Assembly (NCBI RefSeq): GCF_001194135.2 | Contig: NC_068992.1 | Span: 53,455,102-53,509,911 of the forward strand | Direction: 5' to 3' | DNA length: 54,810 bases | Source of the DNA: Octopus bimaculoides | Lineage: Eukaryota | The notes under the pieces: generated by a model | The model's input: only the letters and a program-made list of their open reading frames with translations | The model's database searches: none | What the model was told of the DNA's origin: nothing | In this document: one piece after another, positions 22,004 to 36,004 of the stretch | How the letters are laid out: every line of letters begins with the position of its first letter | Numbering within the stretch: the stretch's first letter is position 1 | Program-made: the position numbers and the translations under genes

Positions 22004-24913
22004 AAATTAACAGAACATTCATAACTTCATTATCTACGTTAGTGCAGAGACGGTATTTCCATGTGACAATTTTTGTTTTAGTAAATCGCTTGGTATGGTG
22101 GTCTTGTTAACTCTGGTAGTAATAACAGTTGCAACTGAGTTTCTGGCTTTTTCAGTATTGGTGGTAGTAGAGTGGTTGATGTGGCGTTCGTGTAGTTATT
22201 TGTTTGTGATGTTTAAATCCAAATCAGTCCTGATCGGACGCATCTATGACGAAAACCTATACTTCTCACACAGCTTTAACGGTGACCCCTAGATTTTGCC
22301 AAGAAACACATTTTCACCGGCCCTTTCCCTATAATTCATCGTCTCGACTATATATTTTTAAAGGTACACTTAATATGAGACCAGTGTCATTTAGTTCCAG
22401 GAATTAGTTTGACACATGTGATTCCTACTTACCACAGGACCACCCTATCATAAGCAAATACCGTTTGCATAAGTGGTATATATTCGGTTTTGTTTATTCA
22501 TTCATATTTCGAAGTCGATTTTTATTGCTTTTGTTGCAATTGTAGCTAACAAACAGTTTCTTATAATTACACAAATAAATATTTCAAAGGCCAATATTCT
22601 AAATAAAAGACAAAGACTAGAAACATCATATAGATACATCTATCAGCCCTACCGTCTGTTTTATCTTTAATCTCCATATATATATATTACCTTACCCTTT
22701 ACTAGAAGGTAATAATGTCCATATTGAAAAACATTGATATCCGTCTTCCCTGCCACCAGGCTTGATATTACCTGAGCTACATTCTATGAACTATTCTTCC
22801 GTAAAAGGAATTATGTCTCACTGTAGTGGCAGGAGAATTGTCTGTTACCTTTAGCAAGCAGTGCTCATTTAGAATCTCAATCTCTCTCATTTAGAATCTC
22901 AAGCTTATAATGAAGGTGAGATGTTATGAGATTTGGTTACTGCTGTTGTCGTCTCGACCCCAGAACAACCATAAGTGAGCATTTTCGCAAACGAAGACAT
23001 TTTAGATGTAACACACAGTCTTTGCGTTCTGACATAGCATATCAAAGATTACAATGAACAATTGTAGATTCCTTTTGGAAAACTGTAAGTCAGGTTTTGC
23101 AGCACTTTCTACCGAAATGGTCTTTATGCACTGTAACTGATAGAAGGTTCACCAGAAATTGAACAAGATATAACATGATATCCGGTCGGGATGCCATGTG
23201 ATATTCTGTACAGACGATAGTATGTAATATCCCATACCACACACAACACACACTATAAGAAATTATCCACATTTACAAAATTTATTTCTTAATATTTACC
23301 GAAGACAACCATCACCAGGAATTTTACCAGGAATCTTTTTATATCTTCCTCCAAGTGTAGATGGAGGATATCATACGATTGTTTTACCGGTGGGTGATTA
23401 ATTAGTTAACAATGTGCTGGTATCAATATATACAAAGTTTCGCCATAATTTAGCAAAGAAACAAAAAAAAAATGACGTGAGAAAGTGGGTGGGCGCAAGT
23501 CGGATAGTGACTGGAGTTGCGTTTTCTAGTCTTATATATTCCTATTAGATGCCTGTGTAGCAACTGTAGTAGAGTTGAGATAAATTAGTGAATCCTGATA
23601 TGTCTTTACATGTGTAAAATATCTAGTTAAATGATTAAATGAGCTGTCATGTTGTTTCGAGAAGGACTATTGTTGTGATGCCAGAGCATACCAGATTTAA
23701 ATTAGACAAACGCAATGTATACCCGAAATGTAATAGTAGAAATAATCAGCACAGTTAGGAGAATGCAGTTTTTGATGTTCGTTGTTCACTTCAGTAGATA
23801 GTTGTGTCCAAGTCTATTTTCACAGATTCAGTACAGTACATGTCGACTAAGATTGCGAGAACTTCCTTTTTCTTCAATTTGCTTGATTCAATGAATATCA
23901 CCTTGAATTATATTGTACCTTAGGTCAACAGGGTGCGGAATGTTAGCTGGTAAGATTTAGTTTCTCTGCAATACATAAATAACTTTTTTGAATGACTTGT
24001 AGCAGTCATTGTACTCCACGATACCAGAGCATTTCATTGTCACTGGACAGGTGGACTGAGGACAGCGGGCTGATTGCATAGAATAGAGGCTGTTCGAGTG
24101 TATGCTCTTTCTTGTGGTGCCGTGCGATGTTATAAGAGATATTGTTTAACAAACATATGTATCTTCAAAAGCCTTTGATATTTAGGTGCTCATGCTAAAT
24201 GATGGCTAATGATAGATAAACTGTTCTTGATTGCTGTAGGAGGATTTGATGGAGGATTGAACCGAGTTTTGTCTTTCTGACAAACTCAGGGATTAGGTTT
24301 AATTGGGGCATCGGTATGCACAGAATTTCATTAAACCACTCCTTACACTCCGTACTGAAATATCTTTGACAGAAGATATTTCAATACGGATTCCTAATGA
24401 AAATAAGGAAGACTAATCTTATAAACTGTGTCAGAATTGTCACCTATTCAACAGCTGCTGGGGTACATGGCAATCAAAAGTTAGTTGCCCCAACTATACA
24501 CCCTTATCATGTGAACCAAACTAATTAATAGGAAAGAACTTTAAATTATCCAATATCATTTAATCTACTTTTCTACTCGTGAATGCCATGCCGCTTATAT
24601 TTACATCGTGTAACTTTTCGGATATGCTTTTACGTCTATGAACCTCTAAGTAATGCGGTCACAAAACATTAGTTCCAATATATAACCAGCACCATATATG
24701 ATGAGCTTTTCTCTTTCTTTCTTTGCTGACCAACGTTTATCTAGGGATATTTATCTATTTATCCACCCATCTCTCTGTCTATGAACGTGCGCGCTTGTGA
24801 GTAAATACATATATATGCATGTGTGTGTGTGTGTGTGCGCGCGCTTAAGTGTATTGTGTCTGTAGTGTTGAATGTCGGAAGGAAGACTTTTCAATGTCAT
24901 AGAGATTAATAAT

Positions 24914-25035
24914 GCTTGATTTTAAGCACCAGGCAGGCAATTTTGAAGGGAAGTATGTAGTAATTAGTCGATGTCATCAACCCCGAAAAGGTAATAGGCA
25001 ACGCTGGTCTCGGTAGGATTTAAACTCAAAACAAC
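24914..25035 (-). mobile_element. Family D SINE fragment
   Basis: agtcgatgtcatcaaccccgaaaagg...ctcggtaggatttaaactcaaaac is a degenerate family D match. Confidence 0.6.
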
Positions 25036-25547
25036 CGTTTACGTTGGGTATCTATGTATGTATGTATGTATGTATATATATACGTATGTATTGGGTTAGT
25101 GACTGACTGGATGTGTGACGTGCTTTACGTATTTATGCTAAGTATGAAATGGAAATATATAAGAATCTATTCGTGTGTATAAATCTATTTCTCTCTCCAC
25201 AGTTACTGCTACTACACACTTAGGACACGCAGATTACACATATACACGAGCGTACACTCTATCACTAACGCGCACTTACAAACACCTACATATACACATA
25301 CAATATTTTTCCGAGTCAGTTGAATGTGTGTGTGTGTGTGCGTGTGTGCGTGTGTGTCTGCGTGTTCGTAAATATGTGTGTACGTGCGTCTTCATCATTC
25401 TACTTTCTCTCTGCCTCTCTACTTTCATCGCTCTATCAATTTGTATTCGTCTACAATTTTCTTTTCATCTCTTTGATTTTGCCACCATCACATACACAGC
25501 AACAGACACACTTACACGCTATAAGTACAACCAGGCTCACACAACAC

Positions 25548-25624
<77 letters not shown>

Positions 25625-25966
25625 TCATACTGACTCTACTTCTACTTATACGAATCACAGTGGTAGCTTTTACATGGTCGTACACACTGTTAGAAATTGT
25701 ATTCATATTTCCTTCAATTATTCAATTCTAGCTAGAAGATGGAAGAACGTATTTGGTGATGTAGTCCTAGATAGACACTGCTTTCAGAACGAAAGGAAAA
25801 CAAGTTGGTTCCATGTACTGGAGTTGCTTTCATTGTAGGTCTAAGCAGTTACATTTGACCAAAGGTTAAATGACAACGGTAACACGTACACGCATATGCA
25901 CATGCACACTTGTAGACAGTCAACGACACATACAATTATAAACACAAACGTACGCTGCATCTTAAA

Positions 25967-26144
25967 GCGCAGGCGTAGCTGTGTCGTAAGAAGCTTGCTT
26001 ACCAACCACATGGTTCCGGGTTCATTGCCACCGCGTGGCACCTTGGGCAAGTGTCTTCTACTATAGCCTGGGGCCAACCAAAGCCTTATGAGTGGATTTG
26101 GTAGACGGAAACTGAAAGAAGCTTATCCTGTATGTATACATATA

Positions 26145-26194
<50 letters not shown>

Positions 26195-26444
26195 CGTGCG
26201 TGTGTACATTTTTATGTGTGTAGTTGTGTCAGTGCTTGCTTCACGACCACTATTGCTTGACAACCGATGTTGGTGCGTTTACTTCCCAGTCACCTAGCGG
26301 TTCGGCAAAAGAACCCATAGAATAAGTACTAGGCTTCCAAAGAATAAATCCTGGAGTCGATTTCCTCGACCGGAATGCTTTAAGGCAATGCTCCAGCATT
26401 GCCGCATCCAAATGACTAAAACAAGTAAAAGAATTAAAGAATTA
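25967..26444 (+). mobile_element. Family B SINE, full length
   Basis: It reads gcgcaggcgtagctgtgtcgtaag...ggcaccttgggcaagtgtcttctactatagcc, with an internal (TG)n and a taaaagaattaaagaatta tail. Confidence 0.9.
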
Positions 26445-26866
26445 GTTTAGATGTACATAGATGCGTATACACACACACACGTTCGCATACACATACAAAC
26501 ACACTCACGAATCACGCGTACTGGCACGCTCATACATGCGTACACATACAGGCTCACACATTCACACACACACACACACACATGTACGCATGCACACACA
26601 CAAGCACAGAACATTCGCGTACATACGCATGCATGCACATGTAAACGCGCGCCCATAAACCCACGCATACGTATACAGGATCTAGTAAATACGTAATTGA
26701 ATAATGATGCTGAATAGCGCACAAATATTTAACATACTGTTATGTACGCACACACACACACACACACAGTAGCACGCTCACATGTACACACAGGCATTCT
26801 CAGTCTCCCTTGTAATTATGGTGATTTCACCCTTTTCTCATTACACTTTTTACAGTAACTATATAT

Positions 26867-27212
26867 GGTGAAGGCGCATGGCTCAGTGGTTAGAGCCTCG
26901 GGCTCACAAATATTGAAGTAGTGAGTTCGATTCCCGGATCGGGCTGTTCGTTGTGTTCTTGAGCATGACACTTTATTTCACGTTGCTCCAGTTCACTTAG
27001 CTGTAGAAATGAGTTGCGGCGCCACTGGCACCAAGGTATATCGGGCTTCACCATTCCCTAGGATAACATCGGTGGCATGGGGAGGGGAGGCTGGTATGCG
27101 TGGGCAGCTGCTGGTCTTCCATAAACAACCTTGCCCAGCCAGACTTGTGCCTCGGAGGGCATCATTCTAGGTGCAATCCTATGGTCGTTCATGACCGAAG
27201 GGGGGGACTTTA
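26867..27212 (+). mobile_element. Family C tRNA-derived SINE with CORE-like domain (single copy in window)
   Basis: The A-box is tggctcagtggttag and the B-box gagttcgattccc. These are followed by gttgtgttcttgagcatgacactttatttcacgttgctccagttcacttagctgtagaaatgag, which resembles the CORE domain. No clear TSD. Confidence 0.8.
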
Positions 27213-27519
27213 TATGCCCTTATGTACATTTTACTATATGTCCTTATGTTTACACCCTCACATATTGAACCATCATTACAACTATAACATTTCTGTAATG
27301 CAGGCTGGGCCAAACCTGAGGCTTATAATTTCTAAGGTCACTTCCATAATGACCGCAATGATTTGGCTTCAATTCATACGCGTAGACCAATTTTACCCCT
27401 CCATATGGTACACACTTGTGATACTGAAGTTGGTAGTGCATTTTGAATGTATACTTTTAGCCAACTTTTGGTATTCTCTCTCTCTTTCTCTCTTTCTCTC
27501 TCTCTCTCTCTCACTCTCA

Positions 27520-27551
<32 letters not shown>

Positions 27552-27597
27552 CTCACACCATATACATATATATATATATCTGTATACGATCGGGAGA

Positions 27598-27789
27598 TTT
27601 CAGATTTAGGCACAAGGCCAGCAATTTCGGTGGAGGGGATAAGTCTATATCATCGAACCCAGTGTTCAACCCCCGAAAGGATGAAATCAAGATTGACCTC
27701 GGCGATATTTGAACTCGGAACGTAAAGACGGACAAAATGCTTTGCGGCATTTTGTCCGGCATGCTAACGATTCTACCAGCTCGTTGCTT
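27598..27789 (-). mobile_element. Family D SINE
   Basis: It reads ggcacaaggccagcaatttcgg...ccccgaaaggatgaaatc...tttgaactcggaacgtaaagac...gattctaccagctcg. Confidence 0.85.
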
Positions 27790-28698
27790 AATTTCGAGCT
27801 TATAGTCATAGTCAAATTCTACTACATTCTTCGTACAGAGATGATAATGTAAGCAATTTGGTTTTGATTCAAGTCCGTAACCTAAAATCTTCCGATAAGT
27901 CAACTGTTATTGTTTATTTACTCGCAAGCGGTACAAAAATGAAATAATATTCCAACCATGACGAACCCACCTCTTTAGGAATTAGCATGATGGCTACATT
28001 GTCGACTGAGTAGGTTTTTTTTTTTTTTTTNNNNNNNNNNTGTCGACTGAGTAGGGTTTTTTTTTTTTTCGGTTAACCAAGACCGTAGTTAGAAATTCGA
28101 GGATATATGGATGCTGTTGGTAGCAGGCTAAGCGAATATAAAGATTTTCCTTCTTTGGCTCGGAATCTGAGATATATCACTAAAGTACAGCAGTCGACAT
28201 TTTGACGAAGACCATTCAGATGGCCAATCAGCTAAACTTCCTCCCCATTAATTTAGTTACTGCGTATTCGACAGTCAAGTCGACTCTTAACGGAATTCTC
28301 ATTTGGTTGTTATAGACTCGCTGTCCCGGTCTCCAAAAGCTATGTACTTGTTTCCATCTGTTGTGTGTAGTTGTGCGAGCACATATGTGAGCCGTCAGCA
28401 GTGCATGTGCATGTGTGAGAGAGAGAGGGCGAAGAATCAATAAAAAGAGAGAGAGAGAGAGAGAGAGGAAGCAACAGAAAGAGAAAGAGAGAGAGAGAGG
28501 GAGAGAGAGCGAGGAAGCAAAATAAAGAGAGAGACAGACAGACAAAATGTTTGATTTCCATACACCATGATTGACTTGCTTTGCATTTAAAATTAAATGT
28601 TGACAGAATTACAAGTACACACGCACGCACACACACATACTCACAACACACACAAATACATACAAATACACACACACAAATGCACACAAACGCATACA

Positions 28699-28732
<34 letters not shown>

Positions 28733-28781
28733 NNNNNNNNNNNNNNNNNNNNNNNNNNNNNNNNNNNNNNNNNNNNNNNNN

Positions 28782-28826
<45 letters not shown>

Positions 28827-29299
28827 TTGGTAACCTTTCATTAGTTACAAGGAAAGTCGATGAGGAGATGTTTCAAGCCAGATCAATAATAGACTTAATC
28901 GATCCCAATATATAATTATTGGACATAATCATGCTGAATTCCAGAAGGGTGAACAGCAAACTTTGTTCCGTCCCACTCCACGTCTACCCTTCTAACATTT
29001 TCACAAGCTGTAATCTAAGAAACTTCATACAAATACGCATTTTGGCCAACAGTCTCTTGTTTTAAGCCCGCTTCTAGTTACTTTGAAGTATTGCATATGC
29101 ATATAATCACGTGGGGAAAAACTAATTGATAATCCATATATATTGCATGTAGCGTGATCTTGGAGTGATATCCACTAGGAAGTCACTGTAGCTATTTTTC
29201 TTCTTTTATCCTCGAATCGGCCATGATGAATCAGATATTTGATCAAAGAGTATTCATGGCTATTCGCTCTCTTTTTTCTTTTTCTTTTTTTTTTGCATT

Positions 29300-29340
<41 letters not shown>

Positions 29341-30256
29341 TGTCTTGCCTGATGTATTCCAGACTAGTGGGTTCACAAAGTGACAAATACCAGCCAGCCA
29401 CTCAAATGCGTAAAATTATTATTAGTGCAAACGCTTGTCTCATTTTTCCAACCTCTGAAAAAGAAAAATACAGTGTGCTTCCATAAAATTCATTCTCTAC
29501 TTTGGTGCTGGACAAGTTAAAAAAATTTTAAAATTATCTTTATATTACTAAACTCATAGTTATTGCAACTGGCACCTTACTTCTAGATAAATGAGATCAT
29601 ATAACGCGTTCACGGTATGATATGTTGTATCCAGTCTGATGATGGTGAATGTGAAATTAGAGAAACCAGGTGTGAGGTGCAGGTTACAAAAGCCGTAAAC
29701 AATTATCTCCTGCAGTATTGAGCACTGTTTGGAACTTCTCAGCTGTGCTTATGTATACCATACACATCGTTAAAGTTATTCGATGTCTTCTAACTCCTTT
29801 CCCCATTCAGAATCACACACGTGATTGCTGAAGATCCAAATTTTTTTGAGCATTAGTTTGATGATGCCTATCAAACTCCAACGAGGGAATCATGTTTCTT
29901 TTGATTAAGCGATCGTTGCTGGCAATTAGAATAAAGAAAAGGTATACAGAACAACATTAAGTTCTGTTTAGAAACAGCGAAACGAGAAGTATTCAGAAAT
30001 CGATGGATCTGAGCTGATAAGCTAAGAGTAAGCACCCTTAAGAAAATGAATATCACATGACATCGATATTCGTAGGTTATCCAAAAGTTCTACGCGGCAA
30101 CTAGTAGATTTTGCGTACATATCACATTGCAAAGATAACAACTGACCCATTGTAATTAATAACCACAGAGGAAGCAAAAAGGAAGATAATTTTTCACTAG
30201 AAGATAGGTTATGCTTTTGTCAGCAAGTCATTTCTATTGTAATATTTATAGTGTGT

Positions 30257-30697
30257 AAGGCAGCGAGCTGGCAGAAATTTTAGCACGCCGGGCGAAATTC
30301 TTAACGGTATTTCGTCTACCGTTACGTTCTGAGTTCAAATTCCGCCGAGGTCGACTTTGCCTTTCATCCATTCGGGATGGATAAATTAAGTACCAGTTAC
30401 GCACTGGAGTCGATGTGATCGACTTAATCCCTTTGTCTGTCCTTGTTTGTCCCCTCTATGTTTAGCCCCTTGTGGGCAATATAGAAATAAGAGATGTTAG
30501 CACGCCGAGCGTAATTCTCAGCGGTATTTCGTTTGTGTTTACGTTCTGAGTTCAAATCTCGCCGAGGTCGACTTTGCCTTTCATCCATTCGGGGTCGATA
30601 ACTTAAGTACCAGTTGCGTACTTGGGTCGATCTAATCGACTGGCCCCCTTCCCCAAAATTTCGGGTCTTGTACCAAGAGAAGAAACGATTATTTATT
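30257..30697 (+). mobile_element. Two tandem family D SINEs (second is 5'-truncated)
   Basis: The first reads aaggcagcgagctggcagaaattttagcacg...gagttcaaattccgccgaggtcgac and ends in a distinct 3' segment. The second starts near 30492 (gttagcacgcc) and ends ...gaagaaacgattatttatt. Confidence 0.9.
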
Positions 30698-30724
30698 AAC
30701 AGTACTTCCTTACCTACCGAGTAC

Positions 30725-30779
<55 letters not shown>

Positions 30780-30934
30780 TGCTCTTTTAATCTTAGATTT
30801 ATTATCAGATTACCTTACATGTTGTTGACCTACATTAGAGTTATTAAAGTATTTTGTTGTCAAGGTTATGGATTGGAAGAAATGCTGCAGCATCATAAAA
30901 AAAAATGTACTTTGCAGTATTTCTTCTGTTTCAT

Positions 30935-31261
30935 TGCAATGTGAGTTCAAATACCGCCAAAGTTAAATCTACCGCCCAACTCTTTCAATGTCGATGAAAT
31001 TCAACACCAGTCAAGTCTTGTGCTTGCTTTAATCGATTAAATAAAGTACCAGTCAAACGAGGAGAAATATAACGACTAACCTCTTAACCTCAGAACTATT
31101 GGTCTTGTGCCTAAATTAAACCATCATTATTGTTATCGTTACTATGAAGGTGATGAGCTAGCAGAATTGTTATGGCGCCGGACACGAGTTAATCACTAGG
31201 GTCGATGAAATCGACTACGCATTCCCTCAAAATTTTAGATCTTGTGCTTGTAGGAGAAACA

Positions 31262-31294
<33 letters not shown>

Positions 31295-31295
31295 G

Positions 31296-31326
<31 letters not shown>
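30935..31326 (+). mobile_element. Two degenerate family D copies followed by a long (TTA)n tail
   Basis: It contains gagttcaaataccgcc, then gaaggtgatgagctagcagaattgtta...gggtcgatgaaatcgact...cttgtgcttgtaggagaaacag, and (TTA)n from about 31262. Confidence 0.65.
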
Positions 31327-31327
<1 letters not shown>

Positions 31328-32297
31328 CTCTTTCAATTTTGTATCCATTTCCTGCCGAGTGTCTTCCCAACATATAGTGCAAAGAAGCACACAGTATACA
31401 TTTGTAGGCCATGAAAATAAACACACCAGATCGTTCGCTTACAAAGATAGGAGAAAGGGGGAAGAAAGACAGAGAAAAAGAAAAAGAGAAAAATGAAAAA
31501 GAGAACACTAAGAAAATAAAGGGGAAAAAAGAAAGAAAATTCACTGTGACAATGCTTTCCCCAATACGTGTGACGTACCGGTTAAGACAATATTTTGCAC
31601 TCCCTTCATGGATAGTAAGCCAAGGATCATCCTTACACTCCCCCTATTTATTTTATAATCTGTTCTTTAGATTAATCTCAGTTTGAATTCGGTTAACTTT
31701 AGTTTAGTTTATTTAATGATTTTTAACTACTGGTACCGACGCATCCATTCTTGCATTCTAAATAACATATTTAAATCCACTCAGATACTATTGATCTGAA
31801 GTATTCTACATTGTATCTCAGTCTTTTACTCTTTCAATTCCTATCTTTTTATCATATAAGCTAGAAATTTTAGCCTCCTTTATCTCGAATTCAAAGTAGT
31901 TAACCTCCCTTTAATTCCATCTTTAGTATGTTTGCATTTATCAACTTCGAACTAATGGTCGCATCGATTAACTTTGAAGTCTCTTGAATTAGCATACCAA
32001 ATAAGGTAATTATAACTGTTGCAATTTAAATATTGTTCACTTATATACACACCTATGCTCAACAGTGTGTTTTTCTCGTATCAGTGTATAAAAATTCACA
32101 AGAATTTGATGTCAGTGCTTTATCCTTTTTTTTTTGTTATTGTTTTCAGGAAGGCTCTTTCCTTCTTCCCCTCTCCCCCTCTGTATGTATACGTATACAC
32201 ACACATTCACACGTACGAACACACGCTTCATTATTTCACACTTTCCAGAACTATCTGGGAAACAAGACAGCTGCATTGTAAGAGAAAATTATATTGA

Positions 32298-32348
32298 CTA
32301 GTACCACTACTACTACCACTACTACAACTACTACTACTACTACTACTC

Positions 32349-32434
<86 letters not shown>

Positions 32435-32465
32435 CATGATAAAAACAACAACACTAATAATGATG
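32298..32465. repeat. Compound trinucleotide microsatellite (ACT)n-(AAT)n-(GAT/AAT)
   Basis: Directly visible. Confidence 0.95.
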
Positions 32466-33021
32466 TCTTTTTGTAATAGTAACATACACGTTACGAGTGC
32501 ATTTCTATAGCATACTTTTATTAATGGTAGAATGTCGGTGTTTACCTACATATATAAACAGATATAACTTTGTATAATGGAATTTAAAACTCTCACTGTA
32601 TTTACAGCACACAATCTTGTGAAAACGCAATAAAGAAAAAAAGCACTAAAGTCATAGTAACAATGTATTTAGTGATGACACCATCCAAGCCACGAATGTA
32701 TTTCGCGCAAATAATCTCTAACTTCCAAGCTAACAGGAACGCCTTTGGTCCGAGTGTAGCTGGTATCAATAAGTCCTTCTGGGGATAGATTTTGTAACAT
32801 TTGCGGTTTAAGTTATACCTAACTGTATACACTTAATCCAAATACAGTCCCTTGAATTTTTATGATGGCCACGTTGCAACAATAGACGCCAAATATGCTA
32901 TTACGACAATATTGATCAGTTTACGGCTTATACATAGGCCTGTATACAGATACATAAACGTTACTGGTATGATAATTTATTTAATGTCAAATGGCATTTG
33001 TATATCTATTGTACTTACATT

Positions 33022-33205
33022 AAGGTGACGAGCATGCCGAATCGTTGGTACATCGAGTAAAATGCTTAGCGGCACTTCGTCCCTCTTTACTTTCTGAATT
33101 CAAATTCTACCGAGATCAACTTTGTATTTCATCCTTTCGAGATCAACAAAATAAGTACCAGTTCCTCGAAATTACTGGCCTCGTGCAAAATTTTAAACCA
33201 ATCTC
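33022..33205 (+). mobile_element. Family D SINE
   Basis: It reads aaggtgacgagcatgccgaatcgtt...aaatgcttagcggc...gaattcaaattctaccgagatcaactttg...aataagtaccagt. Confidence 0.75.
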
Positions 33206-34810
33206 GATGGTACTACAGGCGTTTGTATCACTACCTTCAGTTTTCTCTTGGACGCATGCGAGTGATGATGCAATCTATATTGTTGATGTAAGGAGTTAAC
33301 TACCCCCTCCAGATGCTAATCAGTCTGGCTTCCACGGTATAGGGTGACAAAAGTCTTTTTACATGATAAAGTTGCTTTTTCTCACAAATGAAACTGTGAA
33401 TAAATTAAACAAATCATCCGAAACAATCCGATGATTATATTTATTATACCACAATCTGTTCAATCCCGAGGCTAAGCGCCATGCTTGATCGTTTCCATTG
33501 TACTCAAAAGCTCGCATGTTGGATCTCCTGAAGGTCGTGGCAACATTAGGCCACGTCATATGAAAAACTTGCTCAATAATTAATTAGATGAATAAAGCAG
33601 GAGAGTTTTGCAAGATTATAATATACAGACTGTGAACTTGAAGCGGGGTATCGTATGGATATATTCTGTTTGCAATTGCTAATTTATCACTTAAAGCAAA
33701 CAGCAAACTGAGATTACTAACTACTATTACACACAGCCAGTACTCAGAGGATCCACCTGCTAAGAGTTTTGTTCAGAACCTTGAATCCTATACAGCACAA
33801 GTACGCGTCAATACACGCTGCATATCTTTTAGAGGTGCTACCAGGAAAACACTGGTGCTGCCAGAAAAACAACGAAGGCTTTTATTTACGTCATCGTGGT
33901 AAAGATAAAAGCTGTTGAAGTGACGTGTGTCTGCGTGTGTGTGTCTGCGTGTGTGTGTCTGCGTGTGTGTGTGTGTGTGTGTGTGTGTTTGTGCGTGTGT
34001 GTATTGGTGCCGCGACGAATTGATCTAGGAACTGTTCGTGACAATAATCTTTATGTCAGTAGACTGCTACTATATTGACCTTATTTTGCAAATACATTAA
34101 AAAAAAAAAAGAAACAAGCAAATATCTAATATGGAAACATTTAAATAAATAAATATAAAGTGTCTAGTCAAATAACATACACATTTTTTATAATATCAAA
34201 GTAAGTCGGACAATAAATAGAAGACACATAAAGAAGTTCTAATGTATCATTAGTGTGAAAGAGAAAGGGAGCAAAAGTGAATGGATAAGATAAGATACAC
34301 TAGCTGAACTAAAGATTAAAGCTTTTCCTAAGTGAATAAATTAGTTATCAATATAATGACCTGGTGAAATGTAAATTTCTTCTCTGTCCGTAGTAAACTG
34401 TTGTATCAGTACAGCTCTGTGACGTAGTTAGACGTACATAGCTTTAAATAGATACTTTGTACAATTTAGAGTTTAGATTTACTTACTTATCTAGACAGAC
34501 AATGTCAATATATACGCAGGTATCCACTGACACGCTTAAAACACAGTAACATTGTCCTGCCGACCCTTTTTCTTCCAACTAGCACGCTTAGACATTTACA
34601 CAAGTACCGGTAGAAATACACGTAGATGTATACCTCCATATATGTTTATGTGCGTGTGTGTGTGTGTGTGTGTGTTCGGTTTTGTGTTTGTGGGTGTGTA
34701 TGTATATATCGTGTGTACCTGTATGTTTTTGTAAGTAGTTTTTCTCTTCAGGAATAATGCACCTGATACTGGTGACCTCATTTTGAATTGTTTATGCTGT
34801 CCATAACCAC

Positions 34811-34859
<49 letters not shown>

Positions 34860-35916
34860 TATAAAAATTCAGCTATGCAATATGGGAAGGCATAATAAAA
34901 TTGAAAATCGATAGTGAATTGAAAATTAAATCCCCGATACGGAATATTTTAAAAACATTTATTTTATCTATGTTAGAAAACATTATGTAAAACGAATTCT
35001 GCGAAGAGAAAGTAATGAAACGACTTGAAATATTCCTACACTAGTGCCAAAAACAATTACAAGATAAAGGAGAAGATTTTATAGCTAAATCTAAACACGA
35101 ATTTAGTCATCTCTATGCCTTACCAACAATTCATAACAAAATCTTAAGTGAAACACGCAAAAAAATCTACTAGTAGATATTGTAGTACTTTATCATCAAA
35201 ATATTTAAATGCGGCCCCAAAGAATCTAAAATAATATTCTAAACACGTTGTTTAAGTAGTTTCTTACTCCTATTAACGCAACAATTTATTTCGTTTACAA
35301 GTTTTATGCAAGTTTGTTTCGATATACTGAATTATTTTCCCAAAATGTACTGTGAATAGAAAAAGTAAACCTATTGTTTCTTTTGATAAAATTAGATTTA
35401 TATAGAAACCTGGCTTATGAGTACAGAGTAGAAGTGATACAATTCTGGTTAGAGGATTTTGTAGATGAATTATGAAAATCTAGAGAAAACTTGATAACTG
35501 AAGAATGGAATATATTCCATATTTGACACTGGTTATCAATGACACAAATCCGGTAGTACGATGTCAATAACAGTGGCCCCAACCTATGTAAATTTAGGCT
35601 TGGGATATTTGGAAATCATAATCTATTAAGATTCGCTCTAAAAATAGTTAAATTTTATCAAATGATAAAAAAAAAAAAAAGGATAATGATGTTTTGATGA
35701 TTATTTTATTTTACGGAAAATATAATATAGCAAAATCAAATGAATCTGAGCTATTACGAAATAGAATCAAAAATAATATCCAATTCATAATGGAAAACAG
35801 CCAAGAGAAATTGCCATTTAGGATATTTATAGTTTTGAAAGTCAACGTCCAACTTAGACGGTTTCGTCTCATAAACTTACAGTCCCGAAGCAAGATCTAC
35901 ACTTTGTGTCATCCAA

Positions 35917-35924
<8 letters not shown>

Positions 35925-36003
<79 letters not shown>
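35925..36003. repeat. Pure (CA)n microsatellite
   Basis: Directly visible. Confidence 0.95.

Positions 36004-36004
<1 letters not shown>

Noticed and set aside
22425-22460. Minus-strand 12-nt microexon candidate ggtggtcctgtg|gtaagt
   Set aside because: The donor is good but the acceptor is weak, and no neighbouring exons give it context. It cannot be supported without RNA data.
28000-28070. Direct repeat tgtcgactgagtagg+poly(T) at 28000-28014 and 28041-28055
   Set aside because: The two copies flank a 10-N gap, which is typical of unmerged overlapping contig ends; it is likely an assembly artefact.
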